The position numbers and the translations under genes were made by a program. DNA of 64,000 bases. Source: Syntrophobacterales bacterium (lineage in GTDB: Bacteria; Desulfobacterota; Desulfobaccia; Desulfobaccales; 0-14-0-80-60-11). Below, in pieces: positions 8,303-17,468 of the stretch (its first letter is position 1; every line of letters starts with the position of its first letter). The notes beneath the pieces are model-generated. The model did no database searches, was not told the DNA's origin, and worked only from the letters and a program-made list of their open reading frames with translations. Location of the stretch: positions 645 through 64,644 of the forward strand of contig JAGVAH010000048.1 of assembly GCA_020060385.1 (NCBI GenBank), given 5' to 3'.

Positions 8303-9336
8303 AGATTTTGATCGCCGGGTTGGGCAGCATCGGCCAACGCCACGCCAGAAACCTGCGCCTCCTTTGCGGCCGGGATTTGGAACTCATCACCTATAGAACC
8401 CGGGGGCTGCCCCAGGTAATAACCCCCGATCTGAAAATCAAAACGGACGCGAGCATTGAATCGGAGTATGGTTTCCGATCCTATGCCAGTCTGGAGGAGG
8501 CCCTGGCCCAAAGGCCCGACGCGGTCTTTATCTGCAATCCCAACAGCATGCACCTGCCCCTGGCCTTAACCGCGGCCCGGGCCGGCTGCCACCTGTTCAT
8601 TGAGAAACCCCTGTCCCACAATCTGGAGGGGGTGGCGGAATTAATTGACCTCATCGAGGAAAAGGGCCTGGTCTGCCTGGTGGGCTATCAACTGCGATTT
8701 CACCCGGGGTTAAAGATCGTCAAGTCCCTGTTGGCCTCTGGGGTCATCGGCCATCTTATCTCCGTCAGGATGGCCTTCGGGGAGTATATCCCCCACTGGC
8801 ACAAGTATGAGGATTACCGGCAGTACCACGCCGCCCGCCAGGACCAGGGGGGCGGCGTCATTTTGTCCCAGATCCACGATCTCGATTTCATTTACGCCCT
8901 CTTCGGCCTGCCCCGCCGCGTCTTTGCCCTGGGGGGCAAGCTGAGCAGCCTGGAGGTGGACGTGGAGGACACCGCCAGCATCCTCATGGACTATCAAATT
9001 GCGGGCCGGCCGGTGCCCATTCATGTCAGCCAGGATTACGTGCAGAGGCCGCCGGTGCGCCGCTGCGACATCGTCGGGGATAGCGGCGCCATTACCTGGG
9101 ACTACTATAACCTCCTGGTCCAGGTGGAAAGGCCCGAGGAAGGGGTGTCCGAGACCCACAGGTTCGACCGCTTCGACCGGAATCAACTCTTTCTCGATGA
9201 ATTGACACACTTCCTCAATTGCCTCCAGGGCCTGGAGACCCCGGTGGTCAATATCCATGATGGGGCCAACAGCCTGAAGATGGCCCTGGCTGCCAAAGAA
9301 TCGCTGGCCACCGGCCAGATAGTGGCCCTGGCCTGA
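8299..9336 (+). CDS. Gfo/Idh/MocA-family NAD(P)-dependent oxidoreductase
   Basis: N-terminal Rossmann motif MKILIAGLGSIGQRHARNL, then EKPL. The start overlaps the upstream stop (ATGA at 8299-8302). Confidence 0.7.
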   Translation: MKILIAGLGSIGQRHARNLRLLCGRDLELITYRTRGLPQVITPDLKIKTDASIESEYGFRSYASLEEALAQRPDAVFICNPNSMHLPLALTAARAGCHLFIEKPLSHNLEGVAELIDLIEEKGLVCLVGYQLRFHPGLKIVKSLLASGVIGHLISVRMAFGEYIPHWHKYEDYRQYHAARQDQGGGVILSQIHDLDFIYALFGLPRRVFALGGKLSSLEVDVEDTASILMDYQIAGRPVPIHVSQDYVQRPPVRRCDIVGDSGAITWDYYNLLVQVERPEEGVSETHRFDRFDRNQLFLDELTHFLNCLQGLETPVVNIHDGANSLKMALAAKESLATGQIVALA

Positions 9337-9345
9337 GGTTAAGAG

Positions 9346-10095
9346 ATGGAAATCCTGGCCTTGATTCCGGCCCGGGGAGGTTCCAAGGGCGTGCCCCGCA
9401 AGAATATCCTGGTAGTCGCGGGCAAGCCGCTCATTGCTTACTCCATCGAACAGGCCCTGGCCTCCAAATACATTACCCGCACCCTGGTGTCCACGGACGA
9501 TGCGGAGATTGCCGGGATAGCCCGGCAGTGTGGCGCTGAAGCGCCGTTCCTGCGGCCGGCGGAATTCGCCCAGGACCTCTCCCCGGACATTGACGCCTTC
9601 CGCCATGCCCTCACCTGGCTGCAGGAAGAAGAAAATTATACCTGTGAATTGGTGGTGCAGCTGCGGCCCACGGGCCCGGTGCGGCGGGTGGAGCTGATCG
9701 ACGCAGCCATTGAGCTGATGTTGGCGCACCCGGAGGCCGACTCCCTGCGGGCGGTGAGCCTGGCCGACCAGACTCCTTATAAGATGTGGCGGCTGGAGGG
9801 AGAATTTATCATGCCCCTGTTAAGCCTGCCGGGGGTGCCGGAGCCCCACTCCCTGCCCCGGCAGCTTCTGCCCAAGGTCTACTGGCAGAACGGCTATGTG
9901 GACGTGGTGCGGTCCCGCACTGTCCTGGAATTGGGTTCCATGGCGGGCCAGAAAGTTTTGCCCTTCGTGATCCACGATCCCATCGTGGACCTGGACTATC
10001 CGGAGACCATCCCCCGGCTGGAGGAGGCCCTGCGTCTGCTGGCCCGGGGGGAGTGGGGCGGCTCCGGGCCAGACACGGAGCGGTATCCGGTCTAG
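9346..10095 (+). CDS. Acylneuraminate (CMP-nonulosonic acid) cytidylyltransferase family
   Basis: ALIPARGGSKGVPRKN is the signature of CMP-NeuAc/CMP-Kdo synthetase-like enzymes. About 249 aa. Confidence 0.8.
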   Translation: MEILALIPARGGSKGVPRKNILVVAGKPLIAYSIEQALASKYITRTLVSTDDAEIAGIARQCGAEAPFLRPAEFAQDLSPDIDAFRHALTWLQEEENYTCELVVQLRPTGPVRRVELIDAAIELMLAHPEADSLRAVSLADQTPYKMWRLEGEFIMPLLSLPGVPEPHSLPRQLLPKVYWQNGYVDVVRSRTVLELGSMAGQKVLPFVIHDPIVDLDYPETIPRLEEALRLLARGEWGGSGPDTERYPV

Positions 10096-10172
10096 AACAT
10101 ATTTTCAAACCTATTTTGAGGCTGCAGATAGGCAATCAACGCGCAAACGGGTGGAACAAGGAATTTTCAAGT

Positions 10173-10251
10173 CCCCCTTTTCCAAAGGGGGATTTAGGCG
10201 GATTATCAGGAGCTTATATAATCCCCCCCACCCCCCTTTAGGAAAGGGGGG
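10173..10251. repeat. Pair of related GC hairpins (CCCCCTTT-N3-AAAGGGGG type), REP-like intergenic element
   Basis: Hairpin 1: stem 10173-10180 / 10184-10191 (8 bp, 3-nt loop). Hairpin 2: stem 10231-10239 / 10243-10251 (9 bp, 3-nt loop). The stem sequences are nearly the same and sit about 50 bp apart between two genes. Confidence 0.8.
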
Positions 10252-10307
10252 GAAAACTTCCTGTATTCAGGCTCACAAGTTTTTTGCCGCCTGATAGAGA
10301 GGTGCTG

Positions 10308-11147
10308 ATGAGCGGCAGCGGCAAAGACCTCTTTGATCTCACCGGCCGGGTGGCGGTGATCACCGGCGGGGCCGGTCTCTTGGGCCAGAAGCATGCCCAG
10401 GTGGTGGCCGCGTATGGGGGCATCCCGGTGCTGGCGGACATCAATGGCCGGGGGGCCCAGGCCGCGGCCCGGGAAATCGCCCAACGTTACGGGGTTGACT
10501 GCCTGGGCGCGGCCACGGACATCACCCGCCGGGCCTCCGTGGAGCGCCTCCTGGAAATGCTTCTGGGACGCTATGGCCGGGTGGACATTCTCATCAACAA
10601 TGCCGCCAATAACCCCAAGGTGGAGGCAACCCCCACCTCGGGAGAGGAATGGTCCCGGTTTGAAAACTTCCCCCTGGCGGTGTGGAACCAGGATTTACAA
10701 GTGGGGCTAACGGGCGCGTTTTTGTGCTGTCAGGTGATCGGCACGGAGATGGCCGCCCGGGGCCGGGGGGTGATTTTGAACATCCTCTCGGATCTGGCCC
10801 TCATCGCCCCGGATCAGCGCCTTTACCGGACTCCCAACCTGCCGGAGCATTTGCAGCGGGTGAAGCCCGCCAGCTATTCCGCGGTGAAAGGGGCCCTGCT
10901 GATGCTCACCAAGTACCTGGCCACTTACTGGGCCGAGAAGAACGTGCGGGTGAACGCCCTCTCCCCCGGGGGCGTTTATGCCGGCCAGGACCAGGACTTT
11001 GTGGCCCGGCTCGCCAATCTCATCCCCCTGGGGCGCATGGCCCGGGCGGATGAATACCAGGGCGCGGTGCTCTTCCTGGTCTCCGATGCCTCCTCCTACA
11101 TGACCGGGGCCAACCTGGTGGTGGACGGGGGACGCACCGTCTGGTAA
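10308..11147 (+). CDS. Short-chain dehydrogenase/reductase (SDR)
   Basis: ATG at 10308, preceded by GAGAGG. Motifs VAVITGGAGLLG (TGxxxGxG), NNAA and YSAVKGAL (YxxxK). Confidence 0.8.
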   Translation: MSGSGKDLFDLTGRVAVITGGAGLLGQKHAQVVAAYGGIPVLADINGRGAQAAAREIAQRYGVDCLGAATDITRRASVERLLEMLLGRYGRVDILINNAANNPKVEATPTSGEEWSRFENFPLAVWNQDLQVGLTGAFLCCQVIGTEMAARGRGVILNILSDLALIAPDQRLYRTPNLPEHLQRVKPASYSAVKGALLMLTKYLATYWAEKNVRVNALSPGGVYAGQDQDFVARLANLIPLGRMARADEYQGAVLFLVSDASSYMTGANLVVDGGRTVW

Positions 11148-11157
11148 TCTGCACTGT

Positions 11158-12645
11158 ATGAAAACCGTGCTGCTGCTATCCGGCCACCTCCACGTCCGGG
11201 ACCTCACCCGGAGTCTGGCCGAAGACCTGGCCCGGGACCACCGGGTCATCGTTCTCATCAATACGGTCCTGCCCCAACCGGAGACGGAGTTCTGGCGCGA
11301 TTTCCGGGCCGGCACGGTGGTGGACTTCCGCCAGGCCGTGGAGCAGGCCAAGGGCCGGAGCGACCTCAAGACCCCTGAGTTTATGCACCGCCTGGAAAGG
11401 GAACTGGGCGTGCCCCTGTACAAGGCCACCAGCAATTTTCAACTCTATCGGCGCATCTTTAAATCCTATTTCGGCTGGTGGCCCCGGGACGGGTTCTATG
11501 AACAGGAAAACGACGTCCTCGCTGAGTTCCTGGGCTCCTATCTGGCCTTAGAGGATATTTTTGAGCGCTATGGACCGGACCTCATCTTCCAGGAGACGGT
11601 GGATCTCATCTCCACCTTTGTGGCCCTGGCCCTGGGATACCGCCGGGGCGTCTTCGCCCTGGGGTTCGACATGGCCCCCGGCTTTGATGATGCCAGGATG
11701 GTCATCTCCTACGGCATCCACCGGCAGAACATCATCCTCAACAAGCTTTTTACCCAGCCGGAACTCATCGCCCCTGCTTCCCGGGAAGGGGGGGCCAAAC
11801 TTCTGGAGCGCTTCGCCCGTCTGGCCGACCATGCACCCTGGTATGTGCGCCCATATGGCAAAAATCTGCAAGGCGTCCTGGGGGTGGCCCGGGAAAAACT
11901 GCAGGGGAAGCTCTTTGATAAAAACTTTTGGGGACATCCCCTCAAGTCCCTGGAGCGGCTGGAGAGCCTCCTCTGGCTGGAGAAGCATTGCCAGCGGACC
12001 CTGCCGGCAGAGCCCTATGTCGCCTTTTTCCTGCAGCACCAGCCGGAGGCCTCCTCCTGCACCTATGCCCCCCGCTGGGTCTACCAGGAGGCGATCATCG
12101 AGCAATTGGCCATCAACGCGCCCTACGGCCTGAAGATCGTCATCAAAGAGAATCCCCGCACCTACGGCATCCGGGGCAGGCGCTATTTCGGGCCCCTCCT
12201 GGAGATTCCCAACGTCCATATGCTGCACCCCTCAGTCAATTCCTACGGGGTGGCCCAGCGGGCCGAGGCCATCCTGGCCATCATCGGCTCCATCGGCCTG
12301 GAGGGCATCTTGATGGGGAAGCGGGTGGCGGTCCTGGGCCGGCCCTATTACTCCATTTACCCGGGAGTAAAAAAGCTCAATTACCCGGAGGAGATATTTG
12401 CCGCGCTTCAGGACCCCTCCTGGCAACCCGGGACCCTGACCCAGGAATTGCAGGATTTCGCCGCGGCCTTCTGGGAATCGGCCCAGGCCTTTGGGAAAGT
12501 GAACCCCGGGGAGGTCTGGCCCCCCCCGGCGGTGGCTGGCCCCCACTTGGGGCAGGCCCTGCGCCACACCCTGGGTTTCATCGAAGAGCATGGTTTACGC
12601 CCCCGGGATTACGACCCGGGCTTGCCGGTGGAGGCCAGGGATTAG
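11158..12645 (+). CDS. Capsule-polysaccharide-biosynthesis (KpsS/KpsC/LpsZ-like, Capsule_synth) family protein; candidate ulosonic-acid transferase
   Basis: The blocks FFLQHQPEASS, LKIVIKENPRTYG and IIGSIGLEGILMGKRVAVLGRPYYS resemble the conserved blocks of the Capsule_synth family as I recall them. Assigned by memory only. Confidence 0.45.
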   Translation: MKTVLLLSGHLHVRDLTRSLAEDLARDHRVIVLINTVLPQPETEFWRDFRAGTVVDFRQAVEQAKGRSDLKTPEFMHRLERELGVPLYKATSNFQLYRRIFKSYFGWWPRDGFYEQENDVLAEFLGSYLALEDIFERYGPDLIFQETVDLISTFVALALGYRRGVFALGFDMAPGFDDARMVISYGIHRQNIILNKLFTQPELIAPASREGGAKLLERFARLADHAPWYVRPYGKNLQGVLGVAREKLQGKLFDKNFWGHPLKSLERLESLLWLEKHCQRTLPAEPYVAFFLQHQPEASSCTYAPRWVYQEAIIEQLAINAPYGLKIVIKENPRTYGIRGRRYFGPLLEIPNVHMLHPSVNSYGVAQRAEAILAIIGSIGLEGILMGKRVAVLGRPYYSIYPGVKKLNYPEEIFAALQDPSWQPGTLTQELQDFAAAFWESAQAFGKVNPGEVWPPPAVAGPHLGQALRHTLGFIEEHGLRPRDYDPGLPVEARD

Positions 12646-12702
12646 GGGGGAAGCCATCCTGGGGGCCTCAAACCGGTCCCTTCCGGTTCCACTTGAGACA
12701 TC

Positions 12703-13956
12703 ATGAAAAACCTTCTGATAGTCAGCTATTGCTTTCCCCCCCAATTGACCCCGGAATCCCTCCTCCTCTTGCGCCGGGTGAAAGAACTGGCCCGGAGAGG
12801 CTGGGACCTCACCGTGCTCACCACCGATGCCGACGCCACCCTGGAGAGGCTGGACCCCCGCCTGGAAGAGTCTTTACCGCCTTCGCTACGGGTGGTGCGC
12901 ACGGGCCGGGCCCTCTATCCCCTGTTTGCCGTAAAAACGCTGGCCAAATTGATCCTCAAACCCCTCACCTTCCTGGGTCTGCCGGAGATGCAATTGCCCT
13001 GGTATTTCTTTGGCTTGCAAGCCGGCCGGCGTCTGCTCCGGGAGAAGAGATTTACGGCCATCTATTCCCATGCCTTTTATCACGTGGGCAGCCTGGTGGC
13101 CCTGGCGCTGAAGCGCCGCAGCGGCCTCCCCTGGCTGGCCTATTTCAGCGACCCCTGGGTGGACAATCCTTATCTGCGGCTGGCCCCTTTACAACACCGC
13201 CTGAGCCGGAGGATCGAGGCCGCCGTCATCCGGGAAGCGGACACGGTGGTCTTCGTAACCCGGCAGACGGCTGAGGTGGTGATGCGCAAATACCCCCGGG
13301 AATGGAGAAAGAAGGTCCATGTCATTCCCCACGGTTATGAGACCGACACCTGGGAGAAGCCGGACCCCAACCCGGCCCCCAGGGGGCGTTTGCGCCTGGT
13401 CTACACCGGCATGTTTTATAAGGGCAGGAGGACTCCCGAGGGCCTGTTCCGGGCTTTGCAGCGGCTGGGCCGGACCCGGCCCCTGGCGGAGCAGTTGGAA
13501 GTCCGCCTCATCGGCCCCCTGGTCCCCGATTACCAGCCCCTGGCCCGATCCCTGGGGGTGGACCAGGTGGTGAGCTGCTCCGGGCCCATCCCCTTTGCCG
13601 CCAGCCTGCAAGAAGCGGCCGGAGCGGACGTCATCCTGGTCATTGAGGCCGTCACCAGCCCCAGCCTGATTCTGCCCACCAAATTGGTGGATGCCCTGGC
13701 CTTCGGGAAACCCATCCTGGGCCTGGTGCCCCCGGAGGGGCCGCCCGCGGACCTGCTCCGGCAGTTGCAATGCCCCCTGGCCGAGCCGGATGACGTGGCG
13801 GGCATTGCCCGGGCCCTGGGAGAACTGCTCGACCTCTGGCACGAGGGCAAATTGACGGTTTCTCCCGGGTTTGCCGCGGTGGCCCGGCAGTATGATATCC
13901 GGGAGACGACCAAGGCCTTTGAACAGGTTTTAAACAAGTTGACGCCGGGGGATTAA
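12703..13956 (+). CDS. GT-B fold (family 4-like) glycosyltransferase
   Basis: Length and layout fit GT4. The C-terminal block VILVIEAVTSPSLILPTKLVDALAFGKPILGLV resembles the E-x7-E nucleotide-sugar-binding region. Confidence 0.6.
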   Translation: MKNLLIVSYCFPPQLTPESLLLLRRVKELARRGWDLTVLTTDADATLERLDPRLEESLPPSLRVVRTGRALYPLFAVKTLAKLILKPLTFLGLPEMQLPWYFFGLQAGRRLLREKRFTAIYSHAFYHVGSLVALALKRRSGLPWLAYFSDPWVDNPYLRLAPLQHRLSRRIEAAVIREADTVVFVTRQTAEVVMRKYPREWRKKVHVIPHGYETDTWEKPDPNPAPRGRLRLVYTGMFYKGRRTPEGLFRALQRLGRTRPLAEQLEVRLIGPLVPDYQPLARSLGVDQVVSCSGPIPFAASLQEAAGADVILVIEAVTSPSLILPTKLVDALAFGKPILGLVPPEGPPADLLRQLQCPLAEPDDVAGIARALGELLDLWHEGKLTVSPGFAAVARQYDIRETTKAFEQVLNKLTPGD

Positions 13957-14020
13957 GAAGCACAGAGCTCCTGAGCTTTTCCCCGTGAGGGCGCGGCACG
14001 CGCAGAATTTTTCTGCAGGC

Positions 14021-14043
14021 GTAGGGCGGGCGTCCCGCCCGCC
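14021..14043. repeat. GTAGGG-type GC hairpin element
   Basis: GTAGGGCGGGCGTCCCGCCCGCC: stem GGGCGGG (14024-14030) / CCCGCCC (14034-14040) with a 3-nt loop. Intergenic, after the GT4 gene. Confidence 0.7.
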
Positions 14044-14150
14044 TCAGTAATCCGCCCAGGCAGGAAAGCATGGGCCGCAAATTCTCAGGACAGTTCCTCA
14101 GGAGCTGTATGCTCACCCGTAAGTTATGCAAATTTCGTGGAATTATGCAC

Positions 14151-14184
14151 TTAACTTTGAACTTTGAACCTTGAACCTTGAACT
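14151..14184. repeat. Second tandem heptamer array (TTGAACY)x4 plus one degenerate unit
   Basis: TTAACT (degenerate, 14151-14156), TTGAACT (14157), TTGAACC (14164), TTGAACC (14171), TTGAACT (14178-14184). The array ends 30 nt upstream of the ATG at 14215. Confidence 0.9.
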
Positions 14185-14214
14185 TTTCAGGACAGGCAAT
14201 AATCTGGGTGGAAC

Positions 14215-15357
14215 ATGGAAAAAATCGAATTTTTCAAACACAATCTGACCGAGGCGGATCTGGACCTGGCCAACCAGGTGATGCGCTCCATCTTCCTTAC
14301 CACCGGGCCCATGGTGGCCCAATTCGAAAAGAAATTCGCCCAGTATCTGGGCAGCCCGGAAGCGGTGGGCCTCACCAGTTGCACCGGGGCCATGCACCTG
14401 GCCCTCCTGAAACAGGGCATCGGCCCGGGGGATGAAGTCATCACCACCCCCATGACCTTTGTGGCCACGGCCACCGCCATCCTGGAGACCGGGGCCACCC
14501 CGGTCCTGGTGGACGTCTGCCCGAAAAGCGGGCTGCTGCTCCCGGAGGCCGTGGACGCAGCCGTCTCTTCCAAAACCAGGGGCATCCTGCCGGTGCACCT
14601 CTATGGCCGCATGGCGGATATGCGGGGCCTGGCCCGGGTGGCGGCCAAACATGGCCTGGTCATCGTCGAAGATGCGGCCCACTGCCTGGAAGGCAGCCGG
14701 GACCAGGTGCGGCCGGGGGAGCTCAGCGCCGCGGCCTGCTTCTCCTTTTATCCCACCAAGAGCATGACCTGCGGAGAAGGGGGGGCCCTGGTGTGCCGCT
14801 TCCCGGAAGAAGCCGCCTGGTACCGCGCGGCCCGGCACCACGGGATTTCCAAGAACGCCTCCTCCCGCTATACCAAGAAATACGAACATTGGGACATGGA
14901 GATGATGGGCTGGAAGTACAATATGGATGACATCCAGGCGGCCCTGCTCCTCAATCAGATCGACCGTTTGGACGGTTACCGCCAACGGCGCCAGGACCTG
15001 GAAAACCTTTACCGGGAACTGCTGGCGGAGGTGGAGGGGCTCGACCTTCTGGAAGCTCCGGGTCCCGGGGAAGTGAGCGGCCACCATCTCTTCACCGTGC
15101 TGCTGCCGAATAAAGTGGACCGGGACGAAGTCATCAAGCTGGTGCAGGAGATGGGGGTAGGCTGCGCGGTCAATTACCGGGCCATCCACGTGCTCCGCTA
15201 TTTCCGGGAGACTTACGGCTACCGGCCCGGGGATTTCCCGGTAGCCTATGAGATCGGCCAGAGGACCATCAGCCTGCCCCTTTATCCCCAGTTGAGGGAA
15301 GAAGAAGTGGCCCGGGTCTGCGAGACCCTGAAGCAAGCAGTCTCCTCCCGGCTATAA
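14215..15357 (+). CDS. DegT/DnrJ/EryC1/StrS-family PLP-dependent sugar aminotransferase
   Basis: The N-terminus has the usual family layout, and FSFYPTKSMTCGEGGALV carries the PLP-lysine motif (PTK). Confidence 0.8.
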   Translation: MEKIEFFKHNLTEADLDLANQVMRSIFLTTGPMVAQFEKKFAQYLGSPEAVGLTSCTGAMHLALLKQGIGPGDEVITTPMTFVATATAILETGATPVLVDVCPKSGLLLPEAVDAAVSSKTRGILPVHLYGRMADMRGLARVAAKHGLVIVEDAAHCLEGSRDQVRPGELSAAACFSFYPTKSMTCGEGGALVCRFPEEAAWYRAARHHGISKNASSRYTKKYEHWDMEMMGWKYNMDDIQAALLLNQIDRLDGYRQRRQDLENLYRELLAEVEGLDLLEAPGPGEVSGHHLFTVLLPNKVDRDEVIKLVQEMGVGCAVNYRAIHVLRYFRETYGYRPGDFPVAYEIGQRTISLPLYPQLREEEVARVCETLKQAVSSRL

Positions 15358-15472
15358 AAAAGCCGGGAGCAATTTCATTCAGGGGGCATATTTCTCCGTC
15401 CTCAGCTCCACTTAGGGCGAGCTCTGGCAGGGGCCTGGGAACCCTGCCCTATCCCCCCATACCTTGGCATTT

Positions 15473-17434
15473 ATGTGCGGGATTACCGGATTTATCGATT
15501 TTCAGGCCAGGCGGACCCCAGAGGAACTGGAGGCACTGGCCCGGGCCATGGCTGCGACCCTGAGACATCGGGGACCGGACGACTCCGGGGTCTGGGTGGA
15601 GGCGCGCTTGGGCCTGGCCCTGGCTCACCGCCGCCTCTCCATCCTGGATCTATCGCCCCTGGGGCGGCAGCCCATGGTCTCCCCTGGAGGCCGCTATGTC
15701 ATTACCTATAACGGCGAGATCTACAATTTCCCCGCCTTGAAAAAGCTCCTGGAGAAGCAGGGAGCAGAATTTCGCAGCACCTCGGACACGGAAGTCCTGC
15801 TGGCCGCCATCGACTGCTGGGGCCTGGAAGAGACCCTGGGGCAGGCCATCGGCATGTTCGCCTTTGCCCTCTGGGACCGGGAGGAACGGGTCCTGTTCCT
15901 GGCCCGGGACCGCCTGGGGGAGAAGCCTCTCTATTACGGCTGGCAGGGACACACCTTTCTTTTCGCCTCGGAACTCAAGGCCCTCCGCGGCTGGCCGGAT
16001 TTCCCCGGGATTATTGACCGCCACGCCCTGGCCCTCTTCCTCCGCCTCAATAATGTGCCCGCGCCTTATTCCATCTATCAGGGGATTCACAAACTGCCCC
16101 CGGGAACTTTCCTCAAGCTGGCCTGGCAGGGACTGACACCAGGGGAAACGCCCGGGCCCCTCCCCTATTGGTCGGCCCGGACAGTGGCGGAACAGGGGCA
16201 GCAGGACCCCTTTGCCGGCAGCGACGGCCAGGCCCTGGAGGAATTGGACCGGCTGCTGAAAGACGCGGTAAAAAGCCAGATGATGGCCGACGTGCCCCTG
16301 GGCGCGCTCCTCTCCGGCGGCCTGGATTCCTCCACGGTGGTGGCCCTGATGCAGGCCCAGAGCAGCCGGCCGGTTAAGACCTTTACCATCGGCTTCCACG
16401 AAGACGCGTTCAATGAAGCCGTCCATGCCCAGGCGGTGGCCCGCCATTTGGGCACGGACCACACCGAGTTATATGTGACGGCCGCCGCGGCCCGGGCGGT
16501 AATCCCCCGGTTGCCGTCCCTCTATGATGAGCCCTTCGCCGATTCTTCCCAAATCCCCACGTTCCTGGTGTGTCAGATGGCCCGCAGCCAGGTGACCGTA
16601 GCCCTTTCCGGGGATGGGGGCGATGAGCTCTTCGGCGGCTATCCCCGCTACAGCCTGGTTCCGGCGATTTGGCGCCTGGTCAAATCCATCCCTTCCTGGG
16701 CGCGGCAGGGCACGGGCCGGCTCCTGACCGGATTGCCGCTATCCTTCTGGGACCGGCTCTTCTCCATGCTGGAGCCGGTCTTGCCCGGGCATCTCCATTA
16801 TCGACCCTATGGGGAAAAGGTCTATAAACTGGCGGCCTATCTCCAGGCCCGGAGCCCTGAAGAGGTCTATTACAACCTGATTTCCCAGTGGCGGCAGCCC
16901 CTGGAAGTGGTGCGCCAGGCGGAGGAATACCCCACCCTGGTGACGGACCGGAGCCGCTGGGCCGACTTGCCCGATTTGGGGCCGCGGCTGATGTACTTTG
17001 ATTTGGGATTGTATCTGCCGGATGATATCCTGGTGAAGGTGGACCGGGCGGCCATGGGCGTCAGCCTGGAGACCCGGGTGCCCCTTTTGGACCACCGGGT
17101 GGTGGAATTTGCCTGGAGATTGCCCCTGTCCCTGAAAATCAGGAATAAACAAGGTAAATGGCTGCTCCGGGAATTGCTCTGCCGCTATGTGCCCCGGGAA
17201 TTGGTGGAGCGCCCCAAGATGGGTTTTGCCGTGCCCATTGCCGCTTGGCTGGCGGGGCCTTTGCGGGATTGGGCGGAGGGCCTGCTGGCGGAGAATCGTC
17301 TGCGGCAGGAAGGCTTTTTCCACCCGGAACCCATCCGGCAAAAATGGCAGGAGCACCTGGCAGGCAGGCCCTGGTGGCATCACCATTTATGGAACGTCCT
17401 GATGTTCCAGGCCTGGCTGGAGTCGACCCGGTAA
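15473..17434 (+). CDS. asnB: Asparagine synthetase (glutamine-hydrolysing) family amidotransferase, WbpS-like context
   Basis: The start is taken at MCGITGF because an Ntn amidotransferase needs Cys2. Motifs RGPDD, YNGEIYN and the PP-loop LSGGLDSS. Confidence 0.85.
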   Translation: MCGITGFIDFQARRTPEELEALARAMAATLRHRGPDDSGVWVEARLGLALAHRRLSILDLSPLGRQPMVSPGGRYVITYNGEIYNFPALKKLLEKQGAEFRSTSDTEVLLAAIDCWGLEETLGQAIGMFAFALWDREERVLFLARDRLGEKPLYYGWQGHTFLFASELKALRGWPDFPGIIDRHALALFLRLNNVPAPYSIYQGIHKLPPGTFLKLAWQGLTPGETPGPLPYWSARTVAEQGQQDPFAGSDGQALEELDRLLKDAVKSQMMADVPLGALLSGGLDSSTVVALMQAQSSRPVKTFTIGFHEDAFNEAVHAQAVARHLGTDHTELYVTAAAARAVIPRLPSLYDEPFADSSQIPTFLVCQMARSQVTVALSGDGGDELFGGYPRYSLVPAIWRLVKSIPSWARQGTGRLLTGLPLSFWDRLFSMLEPVLPGHLHYRPYGEKVYKLAAYLQARSPEEVYYNLISQWRQPLEVVRQAEEYPTLVTDRSRWADLPDLGPRLMYFDLGLYLPDDILVKVDRAAMGVSLETRVPLLDHRVVEFAWRLPLSLKIRNKQGKWLLRELLCRYVPRELVERPKMGFAVPIAAWLAGPLRDWAEGLLAENRLRQEGFFHPEPIRQKWQEHLAGRPWWHHHLWNVLMFQAWLESTR

Positions 17435-17468
17435 TCCCTTAAATCCTGAAAGATGTTGCTGTAGATTT

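Noticed and set aside
11928-13274. 448-aa plus-strand ORF in an alternative frame
   Set aside because: It overlaps the 3' half of the Capsule_synth-like gene and the 5' half of the GT4 gene out of frame. The Pro/Gly/Arg/Leu-rich translation is a typical off-frame product of GC-rich coding DNA.
14143-15336. 397-aa ORF on the minus strand
   Set aside because: Antisense to the DegT aminotransferase gene, which has the PLP-Lys motif. The ORF ends in the translated heptamer array (…FKVQSSKL), an artefact.
15473-17434. Whether the two asnB-family genes (here and at 55601-57382) are a recent DNA duplication
   Set aside because: The proteins are only moderately similar (about 40% identity by eye in the glutaminase domain) and there is no nucleotide-level repeat. 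They are old paralogues with separate contexts (glycan versus NRPS).
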